Source of the DNA: a virus
Lineage: Duplodnaviria > Heunggongvirae > Uroviricota > Caudoviricetes
Virus record (IMG/VR): IMGVR_UViG_3300047554_000527
Location: 8,387-72,386 of that record
DNA length: 64,000 nt
Strand: one strand, 5' to 3'
The position numbers were made by a program, and so were the translations under genes. Positions 8,189 to 16,303 of this stretch are shown here, piece after piece. A model generated the notes under the pieces. That model saw nothing but the letters and a program-made list of their open reading frames with translations, made no database searches and had not been told where the DNA came from. Positions within the stretch are counted from its first letter, which is position 1, and each line of letters opens with the position of its first letter.

Positions 8189-8667
8189 GAAATTTATTTG
8201 GAGAACTGTTAGCCGACAGTATCAAGAACGATGAACGCATTTGGCTACTTACAGGTGATCTAGGTTTTGGTGTCCTCAACAAAGCTCGTGAAGTTGCCCC
8301 CAATCGTGCATACAACGTAGGAGCCGCAGAACAGTTAATGTTGGGTGCTGCCGTAGGTCTTACACATAATCACAAGATTCCTATTTGCTACAGCATTACA
8401 CCATTTGTTATCTTTAGACCTTACGAGTATCTTCGTAACTATCTTAACCACGAATTTGCTCCAGTTAAACTTGTTGGTGCCGGAAGAGATAAAGACTACG
8501 GACACTTAGGATTTAGTCATTGGGCTATTGATGATGAAGATGCCCTTCGAGCATTTCCACATATCAAAATCTTCAAACCAAAAGACGAAGCAGAGTTAAG
8601 TAGTATGTGGCAGGACTATTTGTATAACGATCAGCCTTGCTATTTGAATATTTTAAGGAAAGCATGA
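8185..8667 (+). CDS. transketolase C-terminal/pyrimidine-binding subunit
   Basis: MRNLFGELLADS... start at ATG 8185 overlapping upstream TGA (ATGA); transketolase Pyr domain-like; 8119 extension judged non-coding. Confidence 0.55.
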   Translation: MRNLFGELLADSIKNDERIWLLTGDLGFGVLNKAREVAPNRAYNVGAAEQLMLGAAVGLTHNHKIPICYSITPFVIFRPYEYLRNYLNHEFAPVKLVGAGRDKDYGHLGFSHWAIDDEDALRAFPHIKIFKPKDEAELSSMWQDYLYNDQPCYLNILRKA

Positions 8668-9602
8668 AGAAGATTGTTTATGTTACAGGCTGCTTAGGCT
8701 TTATCGGTTACCACGTAACTAAAGCCTGCTTGGATAAAGGTTGGTATGTTCGTGGAGTTGATAAGGGTACCTATGCCGCTAATTGGAACTTATTGCCCGA
8801 ACTAGAAAGTTACGATAACTTTACGTTTGAAGAAACAGATATTAACGACTTAGATAGGATCTACGATTGTGATTATTTTATTAACACAGCCGCAGAAACT
8901 CATGTTGATAACAGTCTAGAAGAAAGCGATAGTTTTGTTCATAGCAACATCAACGGCGTACATCATATTCTTAAATTAATCAATCAAAAGAAATATCGCA
9001 AGCCTGTATTCCTGCACTTCAGCACAGACGAAGTATATGGAGACATCGAAGTAGGCAGTCACACAGAAAAAGATAAACTGTGTCCAAGCAATCCTTATAG
9101 TGCAACTAAAGCGGCTGCTGACATGCTGGTAATGGCCTGGGGTCGCAGTCACAAACTGCCATACATTATTGTACGCCCTACTAACAACTACGGTATTGGG
9201 CAGTACGTTGAAAAGCTAATTCCCAAGACCTGCAAGTTTTTAACAGTAGGTAAGAAGATTGATCTTCATAATAATGGAACTCCTGTACGTACTTGGTTAC
9301 ATGCTAGTGATACTGCTCGTGCCGTTATTACTATTATCGAAGCAGGAGTTGTAAATGAGATCTACAACATCAGTGGTCCATATCAAACTGAGAATATTAA
9401 TGTTGTTCAACAGATCTTAAAGTTGCACGGACACAAAGGTGATCCTTTTGAGCACATTACTCACATGGAACGTCAAGGACAGGATGTTCGTTACAGCATA
9501 GATGACAGTAAGTTAAGAGCACTAGGTTGGAAACCAAAAGCAGTGTTTGAAGATGAACTGAAAAAGATCGTCAAATACTACAAGAACAATTTTATTTGGT
9601 AA
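8664..9602 (+). CDS. dTDP-glucose 4,6-dehydratase-like NAD-dependent sugar dehydratase/epimerase
   Basis: VTGCLGFIGYHV Rossmann motif, YxxxK (YSATKAA) catalytic motif; ATGA overlap with upstream gene. Confidence 0.65.
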   Translation: MKKIVYVTGCLGFIGYHVTKACLDKGWYVRGVDKGTYAANWNLLPELESYDNFTFEETDINDLDRIYDCDYFINTAAETHVDNSLEESDSFVHSNINGVHHILKLINQKKYRKPVFLHFSTDEVYGDIEVGSHTEKDKLCPSNPYSATKAAADMLVMAWGRSHKLPYIIVRPTNNYGIGQYVEKLIPKTCKFLTVGKKIDLHNNGTPVRTWLHASDTARAVITIIEAGVVNEIYNISGPYQTENINVVQQILKLHGHKGDPFEHITHMERQGQDVRYSIDDSKLRALGWKPKAVFEDELKKIVKYYKNNFIW

Positions 9603-10101
9603 GTCCTTGATCGTAGTTAATGTTATCAAACTCAATAACACTAGCACGGGGACTCCTTAACCAAAAATCGACTGCATCAACAACTTGACTGTAGGGTATA
9701 GAATCGTACTTTAACCAGTTTTCTAAAAAGCCCATTTTCAATAATAACATTGGATATGGGCTGTTCTTTTTTAAGCGTCTATGTTCTATCTCTAATGCTT
9801 TCTTTGCTACTGCATAATCCATATACTCTTTTTTAGGATAGTCAGCAGCCATAGAACCGCAGGATACGATAGGCAATTTGTTTCCAAGTTTTGACAATAG
9901 TCTTACTTGTGCCATGCCAGCGTAAGCATTGTTTATAAACAGGTCAGATGATTCTACAATCTCTACTACCTGATCAATATTTTCAGGTAAAGTGTAACCG
10001 TTTGAACGGGCAAGACCTATGACAGTATCCCCACGTTCTACAAAGTAATTAAAAAAGGCGAGCCCGAGCCCGCCTGTGTGTCCTGTTATAACGACTCGCA
10101 T
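9592..10101 (-). CDS. short-chain dehydrogenase/reductase-like NAD(P)-binding protein
   Basis: ITGHTGGLGLAF glycine-rich motif, YAVAK (YxxxK). Confidence 0.45.
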   Translation of the reverse strand: MRVVITGHTGGLGLAFFNYFVERGDTVIGLARSNGYTLPENIDQVVEIVESSDLFINNAYAGMAQVRLLSKLGNKLPIVSCGSMAADYPKKEYMDYAVAKKALEIEHRRLKKNSPYPMLLLKMGFLENWLKYDSIPYSQVVDAVDFWLRSPRASVIEFDNINYDQGLTK

Positions 10102-10616
10102 TAGTTATTTAAAACTTTTGCAACTGAGTTCATAACAGAAGCGATCCTACCGATATCGCGAAGTTGTTCTACTGTGTAGCCTTCTTGCTTGAGTGTGTCG
10201 TAATGTGCCTTAACACAGAAATGACACTTACCGACAATACTAGCTGCTAGGCTGTATGCTTCAAAGCGAGCCTTAGTAGTTCCGCCGTGACTGGCAATTG
10301 CATTCATACGTAACTGTGCCGGCAAGCCTTTCAACTGCTCGTCATCTGCCATTTCAACAAATGGATACCATGTGTTGTTCTGTGCCATAATGCTTGCGGC
10401 TGTAAGAGCAGCATCTGCTTCCTTGCGGTCTGCAATCTGAGCATGTACCCATGTCCAGAACTTACTATTGCCTGTAGCAAACGCGGCTGCAACTGCAACA
10501 GCTTCTGCTTCTTCTACTGGCAATGTGCTACGCTTGATTACTGCATCTAAATTTAGTTTAGTATCCTTGGCGTAGTCTGGAATTGTTTCTTTAAGTGCAT
10601 CTACCCATGTTGTCAT
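10101..10616 (-). CDS. carboxymuconolactone decarboxylase-family protein (AhpD-like alkylhydroperoxidase)
   Basis: CHFCVKAH CxxC-H motif characteristic of AhpD/CMD family; adjacent to peroxiredoxin. Confidence 0.55.
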   Translation of the reverse strand: MTTWVDALKETIPDYAKDTKLNLDAVIKRSTLPVEEAEAVAVAAAFATGNSKFWTWVHAQIADRKEADAALTAASIMAQNNTWYPFVEMADDEQLKGLPAQLRMNAIASHGGTTKARFEAYSLAASIVGKCHFCVKAHYDTLKQEGYTVEQLRDIGRIASVMNSVAKVLNN

Positions 10617-10617
10617 T

Positions 10618-11238
10618 TTAATATTTCCCCGATGATAAAACGATTTGACAAATATGTTCTAATCGTTCAATGTGTTCAAAAGCCCGCCATGGGCTAGTAT
10701 CTATAGCCACTACTCCATGTCCCTTAATGCCTACAATGTCATAACTGATGTTGCCATAGTCGTCAAGTTTTAAATTCTTGTGACACTGGTCGGCAAGTTC
10801 TTGACTAATAGGAGGTACATCTCCTACATTAGGTGCTACCTTAGTATAGCGACTGAGTTCAGGGAAGCTGTCGGCAAGACTGCTCAACTCAATGCCGCGA
10901 TGCATAGCCGCAACACAATAAGTAGGATGTAGATGAACTACTACTCTAACATCATCACGATGCTGCCCCATATTTCGTTGTAATCCAAAATGTAACGGAA
11001 TTTCTCCACTGGGTTTTAAGTTAGCACTGATGTCAGTGTAGAACTCTTCTTGCCACAACATGCCATGAATACTGATCTTTTTAAATTGATCAGGTTGCAT
11101 AGTTTGCTTACGGACGCCACTGGGTGTGATATAAAAGTGATCACGATCGTGATGACGAATTGAAACATTGCCATCACGACTGGTAATCCAGTTGCGTCTA
11201 TATGCTTCAACTAATGTGTCGCATATAGTTTCTAACAT
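10618..11238 (-). CDS. class II aldolase/adducin-family protein
   Basis: VVVHLHPTYCVAAMHRG metal-binding His motif and N-terminal ...GNVSIR...ITPSG... pattern; start at ATG 11238 (TAATG overlap with peroxiredoxin stop), alternative 11271. Confidence 0.5.
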   Translation of the reverse strand: MLETICDTLVEAYRRNWITSRDGNVSIRHHDRDHFYITPSGVRKQTMQPDQFKKISIHGMLWQEEFYTDISANLKPSGEIPLHFGLQRNMGQHRDDVRVVVHLHPTYCVAAMHRGIELSSLADSFPELSRYTKVAPNVGDVPPISQELADQCHKNLKLDDYGNISYDIVGIKGHGVVAIDTSPWRAFEHIERLEHICQIVLSSGKY

Positions 11239-11771
11239 TATAGAGTCTCGCCGCCAACTGTGCGGTTGCAAGCACAGAGTTCGCCAGTCTGAAGCGCATC
11301 AAGAACACGAAGTGTTTCTTCCGGTGAGCGACCAACGTTCAAGTTATTGACAGTAACGTGCTGGATAATGTTGTCTGGATCAACAATAAATGTTGCACGA
11401 AGTGCGGCACCTGCTGGAGCATAGAATACACCTAGCTGCTCAATCAAGCTCAACTCGCCACGCTGTGTATCAGCAAATTGTGTGTGAGTAATCTTAGCAA
11501 GATCAGGGTGTGCTTTTTGCCATGCTAGTTTGCAGAACTCATTGTCTGTGCTACCTGTTAGCAATACTGCATCGCGATCTTTAAAATCACCTGCTAATTT
11601 GTCATAGGCAACAATTTCTGTTGGGCATACGAATGTGAAGTCTTTAGGGTAATAGACAACGACTTTCCACTTGCCTTCGAAAGACTTTTCAGTAATGTCA
11701 AAGAACTGATCGCTACCTGGGTTAATTCCAACTACGCTAAATGCTTCTAATTTATCGCCAACTGTTTTCAT
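11238..11771 (-). CDS. peroxiredoxin (AhpC/TSA family, 2-Cys type)
   Basis: FTFVCPTEI peroxidatic Cys motif; start at ATG 11771 preceded by GGAGAA SD; upstream part of 219-aa ORF judged non-coding. Confidence 0.75.
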   Translation of the reverse strand: MKTVGDKLEAFSVVGINPGSDQFFDITEKSFEGKWKVVVYYPKDFTFVCPTEIVAYDKLAGDFKDRDAVLLTGSTDNEFCKLAWQKAHPDLAKITHTQFADTQRGELSLIEQLGVFYAPAGAALRATFIVDPDNIIQHVTVNNLNVGRSPEETLRVLDALQTGELCACNRTVGGETL

Positions 11772-11911
11772 TTGTGTTTCTCCTTGTGTGTAAATGAAAT
11801 AGGAATTTCTAATTCCATAGTTAATTGTACATTTATTTACGCTATAAATCAAGGTTTTTTCATTGATTTTTCCTATGACTGAAATAGCTATGCTCAAAGA
11901 TAAACTCCCAA

Positions 11912-11919
11912 TATAAATA
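11912..11919 (+). promoter_or_regulatory. T4-type late promoter motif TATAAATA
   Basis: exact TATAAATA about 25 nt upstream of ATG 11945. Confidence 0.4.
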
Positions 11920-11944
11920 CAGTTACACTACAATTGGAGCGAAC

Positions 11945-12226
11945 ATGAACGAAATTTTCAAGTTAATTGGAGATTTAGGTTTCCCAATAGCCGTTGCCTT
12001 CGCTGGCGGCTATTTCGTATATCTAACCATTAAATTACTTTTGCAAGGCGTGCTTGGCAGTATCAAAGGCATGGCTGGTATTATTGTTGCACTCGATAAT
12101 CGAGTCAAAACAATGAACCACGATGTTGTACGTATTGATACTATTGTAAGTAATGCCCTTGGCCTACGTCCCGACGTTGATCGTATTGCTCGTGCAGACG
12201 GTAAGAACGATGCAAGGAGAGACTAA
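11945..12226 (+). CDS. small membrane protein (paralog of 12528..12950)
   Basis: N-terminus MNEIFKLIGDLGFPIAVAFAGGYFVYL aligns with MNEIVDLVNKYGFPIVMAVGMGYIIKY of downstream gene; one TM segment. Confidence 0.5.
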   Translation: MNEIFKLIGDLGFPIAVAFAGGYFVYLTIKLLLQGVLGSIKGMAGIIVALDNRVKTMNHDVVRIDTIVSNALGLRPDVDRIARADGKNDARRD

Positions 12227-12414
12227 TGCTACACTTTGATTATTCTTGGGATTTATACCCTGATAGAATCATACTAGACGAAGAACTTAACATAGACAAG
12301 TTAGGTTGGCAAGGCGGCGACTATTTTAAATTAGTCAATATTAACGGTAAGGCACAGTTAATCAAAATAGATCCTTTGGTAAAATTTTTAAAGGAAGGAA
12401 AACAAAATGGGTAA
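12226..12414 (+). CDS. hypothetical protein
   Basis: 62-aa ORF, 1-nt overlap with upstream gene. Confidence 0.3.
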   Translation: MLHFDYSWDLYPDRIILDEELNIDKLGWQGGDYFKLVNINGKAQLIKIDPLVKFLKEGKQNG

Positions 12415-12527
12415 GTGGGAAAAATTCTACGAAGCACAACCACAACATATTAAAGATTGGATGAATCAACCGAGAGCTATCTGGTATGACAGTGATATGT
12501 GGCGTGCAGGATTAATAGGAGCCGCAT

Positions 12528-12950
12528 TTGGATTCCTCATCGGCCTATGCTTCTAAGGAGAACAAAATGAATGAGATTGTTGATTTAGTTAATAAGTACG
12601 GATTCCCTATTGTGATGGCTGTAGGTATGGGCTACATCATTAAGTATGTGTGGGAGTGGAGTACGAAAGAAGTTAAGCCAGTTATTAGCGAAGCTAACAC
12701 TGTGTTGATTGCTCTAATTGATCGTATTCGTATGTTAGATAATGACCTTATTAGACTTAACCAAAAGGTGAATACGGTATTACACCTACGTGGTAAGATC
12801 ATTGAAAGCGATCGTGTATTAGAACAGGTCAAAGTTGAACGAGAAGCTGCAAAGCAATTTGATAAAGCAGTACGAATGGATGATCCAAAGTCGAAGAAGA
12901 AAGACGATAAAAGCGAGGATGACAAAGCAGCAGCTTCAGGTGAAGGATAA
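12528..12950 (+). CDS. small membrane protein with charged C-terminal tail (paralog of 11945..12226)
   Basis: shared N-terminal TM motif; C-terminal KKKDDKSEDDK tail. Confidence 0.5.
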   Translation: MDSSSAYASKENKMNEIVDLVNKYGFPIVMAVGMGYIIKYVWEWSTKEVKPVISEANTVLIALIDRIRMLDNDLIRLNQKVNTVLHLRGKIIESDRVLEQVKVEREAAKQFDKAVRMDDPKSKKKDDKSEDDKAAASGEG

Positions 12951-12983
12951 TTTGAGGTTTTGCTAGATTGTGAAGCCATACGA

Positions 12984-13015
12984 CACCCTCTACGGAGGGT
13001 GATCTTATGATGTTT
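12984..13015 (+). terminator. terminator-like hairpin (CACCCTC-tacg-GAGGGTG)
   Basis: perfect 7-bp stem right after stop of 12528..12950; weak U-tract. Confidence 0.3.
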
Positions 13016-13418
13016 GCTGAGTTGCTCGGCGCACACTTGACAGTAGGTATTTGATTTTCACTCTTCTGGGCTCTGTACCTTACCCCACCTACTACGACTT
13101 TTAAAGGAACTGCGGTGTCACTGTTCCTATGAGAGTATAGAAAATCTTTTCAACTATTATGACAATCCAAACGTTTCTCGCCAGCGGGCAGACGTTTAAG
13201 CATCCTCTCGGGTAGTGGATTGAAAATGCCCTCGCAATGAGGCAGGGTCAGTGGGTCGCACGTCAGAACCTTGACCAACAGAAAGTTACTGGCGCTGTCA
13301 CGCCTTTAGTTGCGAATGATGGAAGTGTGTAAGTGTAGTTACATTATACAGGTTATCCAAAATGATCGCGACCGAAATGGCAATATATTTTGGATAGTTT
13401 AATCGACTTAAATACTAT

Positions 13419-14138
13419 ATGTTAGAAATTTTATTATACACACTCGTCGTCACACAGATTACTATTGCATCTGTCACATTGTATCTGCACCGTGGTCAAG
13501 CACACAGGGCAGTAACATTCCATCCTGTAGTAGATCATTTCTTTAGATTATGGCTATGGCTTACAACAGGCATGAATACCAAGGAGTGGGTTGCTATCCA
13601 CCGTAAGCATCACCAAGGTAGCGACACTCCTGAAGATCCGCATAGTCCTAAAGTATATGGACTATGGAGAGTACTATTCGGTGGAGCCTTTCTATATGTT
13701 AAGGCATCTAAGAATAGAGAGATGATTGAGAAGTTAGGAGTAGGTACTCCTGACGATTGGGTAGAACGCAAAATATATACAGCGCATCCTTGGTTAGGTA
13801 TCCTAACAATGCTGATCGTAGATCTTGTTCTTTTCGGGGCTGTGGGTATAGTTGTATGGGGCGTTCAAATGATATGGATCCCGTTCTGGGCTGCAGGAGT
13901 AATTAACGGCCTAGCACATTCTGTAGGATATAGAAATCATGAAGTACCTGATACTAGCCGTAATTTGTTGCCTATTGCTATTTGGATTGGCGGTGAAGAA
14001 CTCCATAACAACCACCATGGAAAAGGTTCAGCAGCGAAATTTAGTCATAGATGGTTTGAGTTTGACATTGGGTGGTTCTACATCAAAACCTTAAGCGCTA
14101 TTGGGCTTGCAAAGGTTAGACCATCGAGCGCCGTTTAA
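13419..14138 (+). CDS. membrane fatty-acid (acyl-lipid/acyl-CoA) desaturase
   Basis: histidine boxes HRKHH and HNNHH, multiple TM segments. Confidence 0.7.
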   Translation: MLEILLYTLVVTQITIASVTLYLHRGQAHRAVTFHPVVDHFFRLWLWLTTGMNTKEWVAIHRKHHQGSDTPEDPHSPKVYGLWRVLFGGAFLYVKASKNREMIEKLGVGTPDDWVERKIYTAHPWLGILTMLIVDLVLFGAVGIVVWGVQMIWIPFWAAGVINGLAHSVGYRNHEVPDTSRNLLPIAIWIGGEELHNNHHGKGSAAKFSHRWFEFDIGWFYIKTLSAIGLAKVRPSSAV

Positions 14139-14238
14139 ACTAACGGCGTTCATCCACTTATCAACTTCGCTATCACCTGCTAACATATAAGGCAGGTAGT
14201 ACCAATATAGGAATAATACTACGGGCCAACTAGCAGGA

Positions 14239-16299
14239 TCACTTGCTAGTCGCTCTGTAAATTCCGTCCCAATCTTTTGGTAGATCATGAGTTCTCATCT
14301 CCTCGATACGTTCTAACCACAGTTCGTAATAATGATCCATCTGACCATCAAACTCGCCCATTAGTTCTCGACACTGCTCTGCTGCCTTGTCCCACTGTTG
14401 TTTTCTATAGTAGGCTAACATTAGATCGTGTAGCTCTTTTGCCATGACATATTCTGCCATAGCTCCGGCATCTGTGTGTAACAGAGGTGTGTAGATGTTT
14501 AAGCCGATTGCCTTGCCTTTAACAGCAATACAATCTAACTCTAGACAGAAAAAGTCGTCTTTGACTTCATCATATGTTGAAGGACCGATGATTACTAATA
14601 CACCGTAACCTTTTGTCTGCCCTTCTAAACGGCTGGCAACTGATACAGGGTCACCTAATACATCGTAACCCATTTTGCCCTGTGCGCCAATGTTACCTAC
14701 TAGGATCTTACCTGTATTAACACCTGCACCCATACCTACTGGAGGTTTGCCAATGGCTTCTAATTGCTTGTTGAATTCTTCAACAGCCTTAATCATTTCA
14801 ATTGTAGTTTTAACAGCGCGGTAAGCATGACGATCGTCATCTAATGGAGCGCCGTGAATATGTAAGGATGCATCGCCGATAAACTTGATTAGGCATCCGT
14901 CGTTAGCAAATACAGGCTGAGCAATAGCAGTCATGTATTCGTTCATGATCTTAGTAAAGCCTTCTACATCTGCTCCATACTTCTCACCTAGTCCTGTAAA
15001 GTTACGCATGTCTGTCATAACTGCGGTCAGTATCTTTTCCTCACCGCCCAGCTTGATAAGATCTGGATTCTTTTGTAAGCGCTCAACTATAACTGGACTT
15101 ACATAACTTCCAAACTGTTTCTTGATCTGTTGCTTCTGTAAGAACTCACTTACAAACTTGACGCCATAGGCATGCAGAGCGACCAATACTGTGCCAGCGG
15201 TAAAGACAGTAGTGTCGAATAAGAATAAAAAGTTATTGAAAGCGTAGCGACTAGCAAGATAGCCCCCAACAGCAATAACAATTGTCGTTGCCAATCCAAC
15301 ATATACATACCTCGTTAAAAATAGTAAAATCAATCCTGCTACTAGAATAGCAATAATTTCTACACCGTCAGCGTAGTCTGGACGTTGTATAACAACATTA
15401 TTGATCATAGTTCCGACAACTGCTGCCTGTACTTCGTGTGGCCAAACTGCTCCTAGTGAAGTTGGTAAAGGGTTGCCAATACCTGCGGCTGTCGGTCCTA
15501 TGATAACAATAGCCTTTTCTAAATCTTTTGGTAACTTGCTTAAACTAAAGCTACGACTCTGCTGACTCCAGTCAATCCATACGCGACCTAGACTGTCTGT
15601 AGTAACAGGACCGTAAGCAGGAATACGCATTTTCTCTACACCGTTCTCATTCAACTTTACTTGGAAGGTCGAATCGCCGGCCGCTACGCGGAGTGTTTCC
15701 ATAGCTAGACTAGGGTATAACTTACCATCAACTGTGACAATCAAAGGTAATCGACGATTTACACCATCTACTTCGGGCAATGTGCCAGTTATGCCAACCC
15801 CTACTGCTGAATTTTCTAGTGCAGGTACGTTTGCAATAAGTCCCGGGTATTGAACAATTTGATCTAAGAACTCTGGGCCTAGTACAGCCGATCCTGGAAC
15901 ACGTGGTGTATTCTTAGTTTGTTGTGCAGGAGCACTGCCTAGAACTACTGGGAACTCTTTTAGAGTTTGACCCAGCTGACTGTCACCACCTGTACGGTCT
16001 GCTTCTGGCATGAGTACGTTAAGTACAACAAGGCCTGCGTTCCTCTGATATAGATCTCGTATAATTTCACTGTATCGTGCTCTAGGTAGTGGCCACTGTC
16101 CGTATTTGTCCAATGCTGCCTCATCAATATTTACAGTTACAATATTGTTGTAAGTTGGCTCTTTGGCAGTAATTAATGTGTCAAAATAACGTAGTCTTAC
16201 GCTTTCGACAAAAGTGGGATCTGCTACACGTATGCCCAGTACTAACGCTAAGGTCAGTAGAGCAGTCCAGGGGCTGGTTAGAACTTTTTTAAACATCAA
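14239..16299 (-). CDS. CHASE2 sensor domain-containing class III adenylate/guanylate cyclase
   Basis: N-terminal signal/TM then periplasmic domain, TM cluster, C-terminal cyclase core (...MTDMRNFTGL..., ...FIGDASL...). Confidence 0.7.
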   Translation of the reverse strand: MMFKKVLTSPWTALLTLALVLGIRVADPTFVESVRLRYFDTLITAKEPTYNNIVTVNIDEAALDKYGQWPLPRARYSEIIRDLYQRNAGLVVLNVLMPEADRTGGDSQLGQTLKEFPVVLGSAPAQQTKNTPRVPGSAVLGPEFLDQIVQYPGLIANVPALENSAVGVGITGTLPEVDGVNRRLPLIVTVDGKLYPSLAMETLRVAAGDSTFQVKLNENGVEKMRIPAYGPVTTDSLGRVWIDWSQQSRSFSLSKLPKDLEKAIVIIGPTAAGIGNPLPTSLGAVWPHEVQAAVVGTMINNVVIQRPDYADGVEIIAILVAGLILLFLTRYVYVGLATTIVIAVGGYLASRYAFNNFLFLFDTTVFTAGTVLVALHAYGVKFVSEFLQKQQIKKQFGSYVSPVIVERLQKNPDLIKLGGEEKILTAVMTDMRNFTGLGEKYGADVEGFTKIMNEYMTAIAQPVFANDGCLIKFIGDASLHIHGAPLDDDRHAYRAVKTTIEMIKAVEEFNKQLEAIGKPPVGMGAGVNTGKILVGNIGAQGKMGYDVLGDPVSVASRLEGQTKGYGVLVIIGPSTYDEVKDDFFCLELDCIAVKGKAIGLNIYTPLLHTDAGAMAEYVMAKELHDLMLAYYRKQQWDKAAEQCRELMGEFDGQMDHYYELWLERIEEMRTHDLPKDWDGIYRATSK

Positions 16300-16303
16300 C
16301 TAT

